Source: Methylovirgula sp. (GTDB lineage Bacteria; Pseudomonadota; Alphaproteobacteria; Rhizobiales; Beijerinckiaceae). From it: a stretch of DNA of 64,000 nucleotides. A program made the translations under genes and the position numbers. Shown in pieces: positions 40,856-51,862 of this stretch. The notes beneath the pieces are model-generated. The model searched no databases. It saw nothing but the letters and a program-made list of their open reading frames with translations, and was not told the DNA's origin. The stretch spans positions 13,753 through 77,752 of the forward strand of contig DATFNQ010000132.1 in the NCBI GenBank assembly GCA_035266305.1, given 5' to 3'. Numbering within the stretch: the stretch's first letter is position 1; each line of letters opens with the position of its first letter.

Positions 40856-42856
40856 ATGATTTCCGTGACATTTCCGGACGGCGCCTCGCGCTCCTATCCG
40901 GCCGGCACCCGCGGCAGCGAAATCGCCAAAAGCATTTCCCCCTCGCTCGCCAAGCGCACCGTCGCAATGGCGGTCAACGGCAAGCTCGCCGACTTCGCCG
41001 AGCCGATCGAGGACGACGCAAACGTCGAGTTCATCGATCGTGAGAATCCTCGCGCGCTCGAACTCATCCGGCATGACGCGGCGCATGTCCTCGCCGAAGC
41101 GGTGCAGACGCTCTATCCCGGCACACAGGTGACGATCGGGCCGGTGATCGAGAACGGCTTCTATTACGATTTCTACCGCGCCGAGCCTTTCACGCCGGAG
41201 GATTTTCCGGCAATCGAAGAGAAGATGGCCGAGATCATCGCGAAGGACCGGCCCTTCACCAAGGAGATCTGGACGCGTGAGCAGGCCAAGGCCTGGTTCG
41301 AAACGCATGGCGAGGCCTTCAAGGTCGAGCTCGTCGACGCCATCCCGCCCGACCAGGAGATCAGGATCTACAAGCAGGGCGAATGGCTCGATCTCTGCCG
41401 TGGGCCGCATATGACATCGACCGGGAAAGTGGGCTCGGCTTTCAAGCTCATGAAGGTCGCGGGCGCCTATTGGCGCGGCGATTCGTCGAAGCCGATGCTC
41501 CAGCGCATTTACGCGACGGCCTTCGCCAAGCAAGCCGAGCTCGACGCCTATTTGCACCAGCTCGCCGAGGCCGAGCGCCGCGACCATCGCCGGCTCGGCC
41601 GCGAGATGGACCTCTTCCACTTCCAGGAGGAGGGGCCGGGCACGGTCTTCTGGCATCCGAAGGGCTGGACGCTGTTCCAGACGCTGATCTCCTACATGCG
41701 CCGCCGCCAGCAGGCCGACGCCTATCTGGAGGTCAATACGCCGCAAGTGCTCGACCGCGCGCTGTGGGAAATGTCCGGCCATTGGCAGACCTATCGCGAG
41801 AACATGTTCACGACCATGACCGAGGACGAACGGGTCTTCGCGCTGAAGCCGATGAACTGCCCAGGCCACATCCAGATCTTCAAGAACGGCCTCAAGTCCT
41901 ATCGCGACCTGCCGCTCAAGATCGCCGAATTCGGGATCGTGCATCGCTACGAGCCGTCCGGCGCTATTCACGGCATCATGCGGGTGCGCGCCTTCACCCA
42001 GGACGATGCGCATATTTTCTGCACCGAGGACCAGATCATGCAGGAATCGTTGAAGATCAACGATCTCATCCTGTCGATCTACAAGGACTTCGGCTTCGAC
42101 GACATCGTCATCAAAATGTCGACCCGGCCGGAGAAGCGGGTCGGCTCGGATGCGGCCTGGGACAAGGCCGAGGCGGCGCTCACGCGCGTGCTCGATGAAT
42201 TATCGGCGCGCGGTTTCAACATCGCGGTCAATCCGGGCGAAGGCGCCTTCTATGGGCCGAAGCTCGAATATACGTTGCGCGACGCCATCGGCCGCGAATG
42301 GCAATGCGGCACGACGCAGGTCGATTTCAACATGCCCGGCCGGCTCGGTGCCTTCTACATCGGACCCGACAGCGAGAAGAAGACGCCGGTGATGATCCAC
42401 CGCGCCATGTTCGGCTCGCTCGAACGCTTCATCGGCATCCTGATCGAACATTTCGCCGGCCATCTGCCGCTCTGGCTCGCCCCGGTGCAGATCGTGATCG
42501 CCACGATCACCCAGGATGCGGACGATTATGCCCGCGAAGTTTTGGCGGCGGCGCGCGAGGCGGGGCTCAGGGTCGAAGCCGATCTCAGGAACGAGAAGAT
42601 CACCTATAAGGTGCGCGAACATTCGCTTGCGAAAATTCCGGTCCTCATGGTCGTCGGCAAGCGCGAAGCGGCGGAGCGCACGGTCTCGCTGCGCCGGCTC
42701 GGCGCGCCGGAGCAGACGAACATCGGTCTTGAAGCGGCCTTGCGGGCTCTCGCGGACGAGGCGACCCCGCCGGATCTGAAACGGCTTGAGGGAACTGGGG
42801 CACGAGCTGAGGATCTCCTGTTCGAGACTCCGCTTCGCGCGCCTGTTAGCCATTAG
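40856..42856 (+). CDS. thrS: Threonine--tRNA ligase
   Basis: TGS domain, [33 protein letters not shown]. Confidence 0.97.
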   Translation: MISVTFPDGASRSYPAGTRGSEIAKSISPSLAKRTVAMAVNGKLADFAEPIEDDANVEFIDRENPRALELIRHDAAHVLAEAVQTLYPGTQVTIGPVIENGFYYDFYRAEPFTPEDFPAIEEKMAEIIAKDRPFTKEIWTREQAKAWFETHGEAFKVELVDAIPPDQEIRIYKQGEWLDLCRGPHMTSTGKVGSAFKLMKVAGAYWRGDSSKPMLQRIYATAFAKQAELDAYLHQLAEAERRDHRRLGREMDLFHFQEEGPGTVFWHPKGWTLFQTLISYMRRRQQADAYLEVNTPQVLDRALWEMSGHWQTYRENMFTTMTEDERVFALKPMNCPGHIQIFKNGLKSYRDLPLKIAEFGIVHRYEPSGAIHGIMRVRAFTQDDAHIFCTEDQIMQESLKINDLILSIYKDFGFDDIVIKMSTRPEKRVGSDAAWDKAEAALTRVLDELSARGFNIAVNPGEGAFYGPKLEYTLRDAIGREWQCGTTQVDFNMPGRLGAFYIGPDSEKKTPVMIHRAMFGSLERFIGILIEHFAGHLPLWLAPVQIVIATITQDADDYAREVLAAAREAGLRVEADLRNEKITYKVREHSLAKIPVLMVVGKREAAERTVSLRRLGAPEQTNIGLEAALRALADEATPPDLKRLEGTGARAEDLLFETPLRAPVSH

Positions 42857-43073
42857 GATCGGGATTTGACCTTTCGGGTTCGCCAATGGACGGCGAGAGC
42901 TGCGCAATTTGGCGTCCGCGTTGAGCCTTGCCACTGCTTTGCCGCAACACGATGCAAAAAGGCGGGGAGCGGTCACCGGGGTTGAATGCTGGAGCGCAAT
43001 TCCGCTCCTGCTGTGGACAGCCGCTGTCTGGCTTGTTAACGAGTCCTTACCCGGCATCGGATAAATCGACCTT

Positions 43074-43868
43074 ATGATCCGACGTCCTCGTCTCCTCCCG
43101 CGGCCTTGCCGAAGTCCGAGCCCGGATTTCCGGAGTTCCAGGCTCACCCTCTTGCTGTCGCTCTGCCTGTGCGTGCCGCTGCTGCTGACCGGTTGCGCAG
43201 GCGGCATGCCCGACGTCTATCCGAGCCCGGACGAGTTCGAGATCCACGGGATCGACGTCTCGAAATATCAAGGCGATGTTGACTGGGACGCGGTGCGGGA
43301 CTCGGGCGTGAAATTCGCCTGGATCAAGGCCACCGAAGGCGGCGACGTCGTCGACGAAAAATTTACCCAGAATTGGGAAATGGCGAAGGCAGCCGGCGTG
43401 CCGCGCGGCGCCTATCATTTCACCTATTGGTGCCGGCCGGCCGAAGAACAGGCCGCTTGGTTTATTTCGAACGTGCCGAACGACCCGAGCGCGTTACCGC
43501 CGGTTCTCGATGTCGAATGGAACGCCGCATCGAAAACCTGCCCTAGGCACTTGCCGCGCGAAGAGGCCCTCGCGACAATCCAGACGATACTCGACGCGAT
43601 GCAACGCGCCTATGGCAAGCGTCCGATCCTTTATACGTCGATCGATTTCTACCACGATGTACTCGAGGGTGAATTGAGCGACTACCAGATGTGGGTGCGC
43701 AGCGTGAAATACTACCCTGCAGTCAAATATGGCGACCTGCGCTGGAATTTCTGGCAGCACACGGCCGAAGGCCGCGTCCCCGGCATCAACGGCTATGTCG
43801 ACCGCAACGCCTTTTATGGCTCGGCCAAAGAGTGGCAGACTTGGCTCACCGCTGAAGAAGGCGAGTGA
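43074..43868 (+). CDS. GH25 muramidase (lysozyme), probable lipoprotein
   Basis: LLTGC lipobox; GIDVSKYQG, IKATEG, PPVLDVEW, FWQ. Confidence 0.92.
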   Translation: MIRRPRLLPRPCRSPSPDFRSSRLTLLLSLCLCVPLLLTGCAGGMPDVYPSPDEFEIHGIDVSKYQGDVDWDAVRDSGVKFAWIKATEGGDVVDEKFTQNWEMAKAAGVPRGAYHFTYWCRPAEEQAAWFISNVPNDPSALPPVLDVEWNAASKTCPRHLPREEALATIQTILDAMQRAYGKRPILYTSIDFYHDVLEGELSDYQMWVRSVKYYPAVKYGDLRWNFWQHTAEGRVPGINGYVDRNAFYGSAKEWQTWLTAEEGE

Positions 43869-43949
43869 GGGCAGGGCCGGATCAGCCGTGGGATCCCGCG
43901 TGAAGTTGTGATCGCCTGACGCGAAGCCAGAGATATCCGCGTGCCTGAG

Positions 43950-44204
43950 CCCGCGCAATTCGGCACGGTGCTTCGGCAGAGCATCCGGATAGTTCTCCTA
44001 GCCGATCAGCTTCTCACGAATCTCGCAGCGCAGGTCCCAGACTTGCTGCGAATTGCGGGCGCTCGCCAGCGCGCGAAGCGCGATCGAATGTTCCGAGGCA
44101 TCGGTCACTTGCAGATTGACGACTCAGCCATCCCACAACTTCGAGTCCTTGACGATCTCGTTTTCGCGCACGCGATCGACAGGCGTCGTATAGTCGACCC
44201 ACAG
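43950..44204 (-). pseudogene. C-terminal remnant of an MscS-family mechanosensitive channel
   Basis: Hand translation LWVDYTTPVDRVRE..SKLWDG*VVNLQVTD...LRALASARNS..WDLRCEIREKLI* then ENYPDALP after a frameshift. Confidence 0.7.
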
Positions 44205-44271
44205 GTCAGCATGCGGCCGGGCCGGCGCCCGCGCTTATCTGCAGCTATTTGGCGCACCGTTCGTGAGGAAA

Positions 44272-46980
44272 TCAGCCGCCCAGGCCCGCCTTGGCGCGCC
44301 GCCACCAGCCGGTTCGTTTCGGCCGCTCCGGTTCGGGGGCGGCCGCCGCAATATCGCCGGCCTGCGCTTCCGCTTCGGGCAATTCCTGTCCTTGCGACTC
44401 GGCTGGGTTTGCGAACGCCGCCTCGACCATGGCGCGGGTTTGCGCCGGAGGCGCCGCGCGCGCCGTTGCGACGGGTTCGAGGGCCCTTTCACTTGCCGGT
44501 TCGCCCGCGTGGCTCACGGCGGCTTCGGGCCTGGCGCGGCCCCTACTACGGCGCGAACGCCGGCGCCGTGCGCCGTCGCGTTTGACTTCGCCCTGCTCCG
44601 AATCCTGCTGAGCTTCCGTTTCCGCTGGCTGGGTGCCGCTGAGATTGCCCAATCCGGCGACCAGGGCCAGAGCATCGTCGGAGGGCTGCGGCGCATTGAC
44701 GGAGACGCCCGAGTGTTCGCGATCGCGGCCACGCCGCCGCCGCCGGCGGCGCTTGCGCCGTGCGGCCTCTTCTGCGCTTTCCGCGCTTTCGACGGGGCTC
44801 TCGCCGCTGCCCGCGAGCTCTGGCTCTTCGGCCTGCTCGCCGAGTTCTTCCTCGGCCTGTGCCGGGCTCACCGATTCAAGCCGCGGCGGTTCCACGACGC
44901 CAACGGCCGGCTCGCCGCGTTCCATCGCGTGATAGGCCGTGCCGGTCAAAGTGTCGTCCGCGGTAATCGTGATGCTGACGCCGAAGCGCTGCTCGAGATC
45001 GCGCAGATTGGCGCGCTTCTGATTGAGGATGTAGAGCGCCACCTCGGAACGTGTACGCAATATGATGTTGTGCGCAGCGCTCTTGATCAAGGCGTCTTCG
45101 AGCACGCGCAAGACATGAAGGGCGATCGATGAAGTCGAGCGCACCGTCCCAGAGCCTCCGCAATGTGGGCAGATGATGGTCGAGCCTTCGAGAACGCCGG
45201 TTCTGATCCGCTGGCGGGACATTTCGAGAAGGCCGAAATGCGAAATCCGGCCGATCTGAATGCGCGCCCGATCGTTCTTCAGAGCTTCCTTCATCCGCCG
45301 CTCGACGGAGCGGTTATTGCGGCTCTCCTCCATGTCGATGAAATCGACGACGATCAACCCGGCGAGGTCGCGCAGACGCAATTGTCGGGCGATTTCGTCG
45401 GCCGCTTCGAGATTGGTGCGCAGCGCAGTGTCCTCGATGTCATGTTCGCGAGTGGAGCGGCCGGAGTTGACATCGATGGCGACCAGGGCCTCGGTCTGAT
45501 TGATGATGAGATAGCCGCCGGATTTCAAAGTCACCTGATTGGTGAACATGGCGTCGAGCTGCGCCTCGACTCCGAGTTTGGTGAACACCGGCTGCGGATC
45601 GCGATAAGGGTGGACGTTCTTGGCATGGCTCGGCATGAGCATGCGCATGAACTCCTTCGCCTCGCGATAGGCGGCATCGCCCGCGACGATCACCTCGTCG
45701 ATGTCCTTGTTGTAGAGGTCGCGGATGGACCGCTTGATCAGCGAGCCTTCCTCATAGACGAGGGTCGGCGCGGTCGACTTCAGCGTCATCTCGCGCACCG
45801 TCTCCCACATGCGCAGGAGATATTCGAAATCGCGCTTGACCTCGGCCTTGGTGCGCGACGCCCCGGCGGTGCGCAAAATGACCCCCATGCCTTCCGGCAC
45901 TTCGAGGTCCTGGGCGATCGACTTCAACCTCTGCCGATCGGTGGAATCGGTGATCTTGCGGGAGATTCCGCCTCCCCGCGCCGTATTCGGCATCAGCACC
46001 GAATAGCGGCCGGCGAGCGACAGATAGGTGGTGAGCGCGGCGCCCTTGTTGCCGCGCTCCTCCTTCACGACCTGGACCAGCAGAACTTGCCGGCGCTTGA
46101 TGACTTCCTGGATCTTATATTGGCGACGCGCCCGGTGCGGACGCGCCGGCACTTCTTCCATGGCGTCGCCGCCGATCTGTTCGATCTGCTCGTCTTCTTC
46201 GTCGTTGTCTTCGTCGTCCTCGATGCGCGGTTTCTCGCGAAGCCGCGTCTCAACCTCGGCTTCGACTTGCTCGGGAGAGGCCGGCGGCTCGTCTTCGACG
46301 ATGGCAAACCCCTCCGGATCGGTCGCGAGCCGATGGCGCGTATGGTCCGGCTCGGCGTGATCCTGCCCGCTCGCGGCAGTCTTGTGGACCGGGGTGATAT
46401 TTTGGATTTCGACCGGCGCGGCGTCGGCGTCTCCCGCAAGGTCGTACAGCGGTGCTACCACGCCCGATTCGAGCGGGTGTTCCGGCTCTGCTGGGCCTTC
46501 TGCCTTCGCCTCCGGCTGCTGTTCCGGGGCGCCTTCAGGCTGCTGCTGCTCCGGCTTGCCGGCGTTTTCGAGTTCGGCGGGTTGGGCAAGTCTTTCGTCT
46601 TTGTCGCCGCGGCGCTTTTCGGCTCTTTCGCCCCGCTCGCCGCGCCGGTGCCGACGGCTGCGTCTTCGGCCGTCCTCTTCTTCGTCGCGATGCGCGAGAG
46701 CATCCTCTTCGAGGAGCTCCTGCCGATCGGACACCGGGATTTGGTAATAATCCGGATGAATTTCCGAGAAGGCGAGAAAGCCATGACGATTGCCGCCGTA
46801 GTCGACGAAGGCGGCCTGGAGCGAAGGCTCCACGCGGGTCACTTTGGCGAGATAGATATTGCCGCGAAGTTGTCTTTTATCCGCTGATTCGAAGTCGAAT
46901 TCCTCGACGCGGTTGCCGCGCAGCACGACCACCCGGGTTTCCTCCGGGTGGGAAGCATCGATGAGCATTTTGTTGGGCAT
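44272..46980 (-). CDS. rne: Ribonuclease E/G
   Basis: MLIDASHPEETRV, GNIYLAKVTRVEPSLQAAF with acidic S1 insertion, IDVNSG, DFIDM, CPHCGG. Confidence 0.96.
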   Translation of the reverse strand: MPNKMLIDASHPEETRVVVLRGNRVEEFDFESADKRQLRGNIYLAKVTRVEPSLQAAFVDYGGNRHGFLAFSEIHPDYYQIPVSDRQELLEEDALAHRDEEEDGRRRSRRHRRGERGERAEKRRGDKDERLAQPAELENAGKPEQQQPEGAPEQQPEAKAEGPAEPEHPLESGVVAPLYDLAGDADAAPVEIQNITPVHKTAASGQDHAEPDHTRHRLATDPEGFAIVEDEPPASPEQVEAEVETRLREKPRIEDDEDNDEEDEQIEQIGGDAMEEVPARPHRARRQYKIQEVIKRRQVLLVQVVKEERGNKGAALTTYLSLAGRYSVLMPNTARGGGISRKITDSTDRQRLKSIAQDLEVPEGMGVILRTAGASRTKAEVKRDFEYLLRMWETVREMTLKSTAPTLVYEEGSLIKRSIRDLYNKDIDEVIVAGDAAYREAKEFMRMLMPSHAKNVHPYRDPQPVFTKLGVEAQLDAMFTNQVTLKSGGYLIINQTEALVAIDVNSGRSTREHDIEDTALRTNLEAADEIARQLRLRDLAGLIVVDFIDMEESRNNRSVERRMKEALKNDRARIQIGRISHFGLLEMSRQRIRTGVLEGSTIICPHCGGSGTVRSTSSIALHVLRVLEDALIKSAAHNIILRTRSEVALYILNQKRANLRDLEQRFGVSITITADDTLTGTAYHAMERGEPAVGVVEPPRLESVSPAQAEEELGEQAEEPELAGSGESPVESAESAEEAARRKRRRRRRRGRDREHSGVSVNAPQPSDDALALVAGLGNLSGTQPAETEAQQDSEQGEVKRDGARRRRSRRSRGRARPEAAVSHAGEPASERALEPVATARAAPPAQTRAMVEAAFANPAESQGQELPEAEAQAGDIAAAAPEPERPKRTGWWRRAKAGLGG

Positions 46981-47626
46981 GTGGAACTCGTTGAGGCGTG
47001 GCACCCGCTTGACCGCTGCCGCCAATGGCTCTCGCGAAGGAGGCCGGGGTGCGGCAGGGCGGAACGAACGGCGCCATCTGCAAAAGGGGGTGGAAGACGA
47101 ACGATTCGCGAGGCGCGAACCGGTGAATGACGAAGCGCCGTGACAAGGCCCGGGAACGGCGACCCCGGCCGCAGCAAAACGTCGGCATGCGCGGATCGGC
47201 CTGCGTCCAAACTCTCGGACGCAGCCTCGAAACTTTGGGCTTGGGATAATCACCCGTCGAAGGGCAGACCATGTCCTCGTTATCCGCGCACTGGCTCAGG
47301 CGGAGCCGGTCGAAAATTCGGTTCGAGTGAACGGCGGCACATCTGTGCCGTTCGGACGCGCTCTCGCAAATCGCCGCTCGAAGGGCGGTAAAGTGCCGAA
47401 AGCCCGAAAATGTCCGGTGGATCGGGGGATCCTTCTTTGCACCCGAACACGAACATCTCTTTCTATCGGGTCGCCTATGGATTTGGCAAGTTTTTCGCAA
47501 TGTGTGGCTAATCGGCAACGGCAATCGAACCGTTCTTCTGGCATGGTCATCCAACGTTAACCGCCCAGATTCATTCTGGGTTCGGGATCGATCGGGCGGC
47601 GAGCGGCTGCTGGGGATGCCACGCTC

Positions 47627-49060
47627 ATGACGGGGACGCAGCGCGAATCACGCCCCGGGCGCACCCGAAAGGCGGGTCTTCGAGCCCCGCTCCAGCTTGG
47701 CTCGGCCGCGTTTCTGGCGGGTCTCGCGTTAGCAGGCTTGAGCGTGACTATGCGTCACCTGCACGCGGAAAGCCGTGGTCTGGTCGGCATTCGAACCGCG
47801 CTCACGCAGCCCCCAGCGCCGGTGATCGCAAGCGGCGTCAGTCTCGAAAACGGCACCGACCAGGCGAAGCTCACCTTCGAGGTGACGCAGCCCGTGGCGG
47901 CGATGTCCTTCGTACTCGCCTCACCTGACCGGATCGTCATCGATGTGCCGGAAATTGATTTTCACATCGATCCGCAGGTTGGCGGCGCAAAACCTGTGCA
48001 TGACCGTCCGGGAAGGCCGCGGGTTTCGGGCCTCATCGCTTCTTTCCGCTTCGGCCTTTTCGCGCCCGGCAAATCTCGGATCGTGATCGATCTCGCCGCG
48101 CCGGCCCGCGTCGTGCGGGCCGAGGCCGAGCCGGATGTCGACACCACGAAATCCCGCCTCGTCGTCGAGCTTGCCAAGACGGATGATGCGGCCTTTCAAG
48201 CTGCCGCGCACGATGCCGTTCAGGCCGCCGAGACGGCCGCGAAGGAGGCCGAGCGCGCCGCCCCGGTCAAGGACTTGGCTGAGAAAAATCCCAATCTGCC
48301 GCTCATCGTCATCGATCCGGGTCACGGCGGCGTCGACAGTGGCGCGATCGTCAATGGGCTCGTCGAGAAGAACATTGTCTTCGACTTCGCCAAGGCGCTT
48401 CAGGGAAAGCTCGCGGCAAGCGGCCACTACAAAGTCGTCATGACGCGCGACAGCGACGTGTTCCTTTCCTTGGGCGAGCGGGTGCGGATCGCGCAAGACT
48501 CCGGAGCGGCGCTGTTCGTCTCGATCCATGCCGACACGATCTACGATGCGGCGAGCGTTTCCGGCGCCACCGTCTACACCCTTGCCGATCATGCAACCGA
48601 TGCAGAAGCCGAGCGCACGGCTGAAAAGGAAAACCAAGCCGATGCCGTCGCCGGGGTCGCCGGCAATGAAAAGGCGAACGGCGTTTCCGATATTCTGGCC
48701 GATTTGACGCGCCAGGAGACGCGCGCCTACAGCCACGTTTTCGCGCGCACGCTCGTCAACTATTGGAGAGTCGCGGGGCGGTTGAACAAGAATCCCGAGC
48801 GCGCCGCGGGTTTCCGGGTTCTGAAGGCGCCGGACGTGCCCTCCGTATTGATCGAGCTCGGCTATCTCTCGAATGCGCAGGATGCCGCATCCTTGCTCTC
48901 GCCGGAGTGGCGCGACGCGACCTCCAGCAAGCTTGCCGCGGCGATCGACGCCTTTTTTGCCGTCCGCGGGACCAATTTCGGCGCTCAATCGCCTGCGCAG
49001 CCGGCCGCAACGGAGGCGGCAACCGCGCTCGAAGCGCCGCCGCCTAGCGAAGCCAAATAA
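47627..49060 (+). CDS. amiC: N-acetylmuramoyl-L-alanine amidase (AMIN + Amidase_3)
   Basis: IDPGHGG, MTRDSD, SIHAD, VLIELGYLSN. Confidence 0.9.
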   Translation: MTGTQRESRPGRTRKAGLRAPLQLGSAAFLAGLALAGLSVTMRHLHAESRGLVGIRTALTQPPAPVIASGVSLENGTDQAKLTFEVTQPVAAMSFVLASPDRIVIDVPEIDFHIDPQVGGAKPVHDRPGRPRVSGLIASFRFGLFAPGKSRIVIDLAAPARVVRAEAEPDVDTTKSRLVVELAKTDDAAFQAAAHDAVQAAETAAKEAERAAPVKDLAEKNPNLPLIVIDPGHGGVDSGAIVNGLVEKNIVFDFAKALQGKLAASGHYKVVMTRDSDVFLSLGERVRIAQDSGAALFVSIHADTIYDAASVSGATVYTLADHATDAEAERTAEKENQADAVAGVAGNEKANGVSDILADLTRQETRAYSHVFARTLVNYWRVAGRLNKNPERAAGFRVLKAPDVPSVLIELGYLSNAQDAASLLSPEWRDATSSKLAAAIDAFFAVRGTNFGAQSPAQPAATEAATALEAPPPSEAK

Positions 49061-49293
49061 TGCGCGCATCCGCTGTGGCGGGCGGCCCATGATCACGCTA
49101 TATGCGCCAGGGTTGCACCTCGCCGCGCCGGGCTCGGCCGGCACGTCAAACTATCAACACAAAAGCACCGCACCACGAGCCAGCGTAATGCTCCGGCCCG
49201 ACTCCGCCGATCGGCTGGCCTTGTCGCGCAATTTGGTCTCGGCGAGGCATGGGGAGAGCCGCGAATCGCGGCTCCAGAGGGCTTGATTTCATC

Positions 49294-51705
49294 ATGCGGT
49301 TGATCGCCCGGTTCTTCGGATTTGCCTTCGCGACCTGCGCGATTCTTTTCGTCGTCGCGTCGAGCGCCGCGGGGATCCTGATCTGGAAATTCGAGCAGGA
49401 CCTGCCGGACTACACGCAGCTCAAGAATTACGAGCCGCCGGTGATGACCCGGGTCCACGCGGCCGATGGTTCCGTGCTCGCCGAATATGCGAAGGAACGG
49501 CGTCTGTATCTGCCGAGCTCGGCGATTCCGCCGCTCGTCAAGGAGGCCTTCATCTCCGCCGAGGACAAGAATTTCTATACCCATCCTGGCGTCGATTTCG
49601 AAGGGGTCATTCGCGCCGGCATCGTCTTCCTTCAAGGCAGCAGACACGTGCAGGGCGCCTCGACCATCACCCAGCAGGTCGCCAAAAACTTCTTCCTGAC
49701 CAGCGAACGCTCGTTCGAGCGCAAGATCAGGGAAGCGCTCTTGTCTTTCCGGATCGAGGCCACCTATTCGAAGGAAAAAATTCTCGAGCTCTATCTCAAC
49801 GAGATCTATCTCGGTCTCGGCAATTACGGCGTCGCCGCGGCGGCGCTGAATTATTACGACAAGTCGGTGCATGAGCTGACCATCGGCGAGGCCGCTTATC
49901 TCGCGGCCTTGCCGAAGGCGCCGAACAATTATCATCCGTTCTTGAAACGCGAGCGGGCGATCGAACGGCGCAATTGGGTGATCGACCGCATGGTCGAGAA
50001 CGGTTACGTCTCGCCCGAGGCCGGCGAGAAGGCGAAGGCCGAGCCGCTCGGCGTCAATCCCCGCGTCCTTTCGCCGAATACCTATGCCGCCGGCTACTTC
50101 GCCGAGGAGGTTCGGCGCGAGCTTTTGGACCGCTACGGCGAGAACAAGCTCTATGAGGGCGGCCTTTCGGTGCGCGCCACGCTCGATCCGAAGGTGCAGC
50201 TCATGGCGCGCCGGGCTCTCGTCGACGGACTCGTGCGCTACGACGAGGCGCACGGGTTCCGCGGACCGATGCGCAACATCGACATCGGCCAGGACTGGGG
50301 TCCGCCGCTCGCCAACGTGCCGGCGCTGGGCGATGTCGCACCCTGGCGGCTCGCCGTCGTCCTCGACGGCAACGACACGCAGCTGCGCATCGGCCTGCAG
50401 CCGAAACGCGAGCCGTCGGGGGAAGTCAGCCCCGAGCGGGAAACGGGCACTCTCGTTCCCGTCGGCCTTCGCTGGGCGCGCAAGGGCAACCAGCGATCCG
50501 CGCTGGTCCCCGGCGACGTGATCTATGCCGAACCTCTGGACGGCAAGCCGGGGCAATATAGGCTTCGGCAGATTCCGGAAGTCAGTGGGGCGATCGTGGT
50601 CATGGATCCTTTCACCGGCCGCGTCTTCGCCATGGTCGGCGGATTCTCCTTCGATCAGTCGGAATTCAACCGAGCGACCCAGGCGCTGCGACAGCCCGGC
50701 TCCTCCTTCAAACCCTTCGTCTACGCGGCGGCGATCGACAACGGCTACACGCCGTCTTCCATCGAGTTCGATGAGCCGGTCGAGATCGACCAAGGCGCCG
50801 GCCTCGGGATGTGGCGGCCGGAGAATTTCGAAGGCAAGTCGAGCGGCCCGCATACTCTGCGCTATGCCGTCGAACATTCGATCAATCAGATGACGGTGCG
50901 GCTTGCGCGCGACGTCGGCATGCCGCTCATTTCCGATTATGCCGAGCGCTTCGGCATCTATGACGACCTGCCGCCCTATCTTTCGATGTCGCTCGGCTCC
51001 GGCGAGACCACCCTGATGCGGATGGCGACCGCCTATTCGATGCTCTGCAACGGCGGCAAGAGGATCAAGCCCACATTGATCGACCGCATCCAGGACCGCT
51101 GGGGCCACACGATCTATCGGCACGACGAGCGCATCTGCGAAGGCTGCGACGCGCAGAAATGGGAAAATCAGGACGAGCCGAAGATCATCGACGATCGCGA
51201 GCAGGTGATCGATCCGTTAACCGCCTATCAGATCACCTCGATCATGGAAGGCGTCATCCAGCGCGGCACGGGGCAGGCGATCCTCGCGGTCGGCAAACAT
51301 CTCGCCGGCAAGACGGGCACGACGAATGACGCCAAGGACCTGTGGTTCGTCGGCTATTCGCCCGATCTCACGGTCGGCGTGTTCATGGGCTATGACCGGC
51401 CGCGCTCGCTCGGCGATTCCGCCCAGGCGGCGCTCTATACCGCGCCGATCTTCCGCGATTTCATGAAAATGGCGCTGAACGACAAGCCCGACGTGCCGTT
51501 CCGGGTGCCGCCCGGCATCAAGCTCATCTCGGTCGACCTCAAGACCGGCGTGCGCTCGACCGGGCCCGGCACCATCCTCGAGGCCTTCAAGCCGGGCACC
51601 GCACCGCCCGATACGTTCAATTACGGCACCCAAGCGCCGAATGTCCTGTCGGTCGATCCGGATGCCGACCGCACGCTCGGAACCGGGACGGGCGGCCTTT
51701 ACTAA
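49294..51705 (+). CDS. mrcA: Penicillin-binding protein 1A
   Basis: EDKNFY.H.G, GASTITQQ, RKIRE transglycosylase motifs; RQPGSSFK, KTGT transpeptidase motifs. Confidence 0.95.
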   Translation: MRLIARFFGFAFATCAILFVVASSAAGILIWKFEQDLPDYTQLKNYEPPVMTRVHAADGSVLAEYAKERRLYLPSSAIPPLVKEAFISAEDKNFYTHPGVDFEGVIRAGIVFLQGSRHVQGASTITQQVAKNFFLTSERSFERKIREALLSFRIEATYSKEKILELYLNEIYLGLGNYGVAAAALNYYDKSVHELTIGEAAYLAALPKAPNNYHPFLKRERAIERRNWVIDRMVENGYVSPEAGEKAKAEPLGVNPRVLSPNTYAAGYFAEEVRRELLDRYGENKLYEGGLSVRATLDPKVQLMARRALVDGLVRYDEAHGFRGPMRNIDIGQDWGPPLANVPALGDVAPWRLAVVLDGNDTQLRIGLQPKREPSGEVSPERETGTLVPVGLRWARKGNQRSALVPGDVIYAEPLDGKPGQYRLRQIPEVSGAIVVMDPFTGRVFAMVGGFSFDQSEFNRATQALRQPGSSFKPFVYAAAIDNGYTPSSIEFDEPVEIDQGAGLGMWRPENFEGKSSGPHTLRYAVEHSINQMTVRLARDVGMPLISDYAERFGIYDDLPPYLSMSLGSGETTLMRMATAYSMLCNGGKRIKPTLIDRIQDRWGHTIYRHDERICEGCDAQKWENQDEPKIIDDREQVIDPLTAYQITSIMEGVIQRGTGQAILAVGKHLAGKTGTTNDAKDLWFVGYSPDLTVGVFMGYDRPRSLGDSAQAALYTAPIFRDFMKMALNDKPDVPFRVPPGIKLISVDLKTGVRSTGPGTILEAFKPGTAPPDTFNYGTQAPNVLSVDPDADRTLGTGTGGLY

Positions 51706-51862
51706 GCCTGGATTTCCGTCTGAACTTTCAGCTGCACGCGCGCGATGCGCGCAACGGCCGAACCCGTTAATCGCGGGTTGCCCGTGGTTTACAGCTGAGC
51801 CGCGGCTCACTATCTACTTTTCAAGTCGAGCGGCATCCACCAATCTCCGCGAAGGAACAAAT

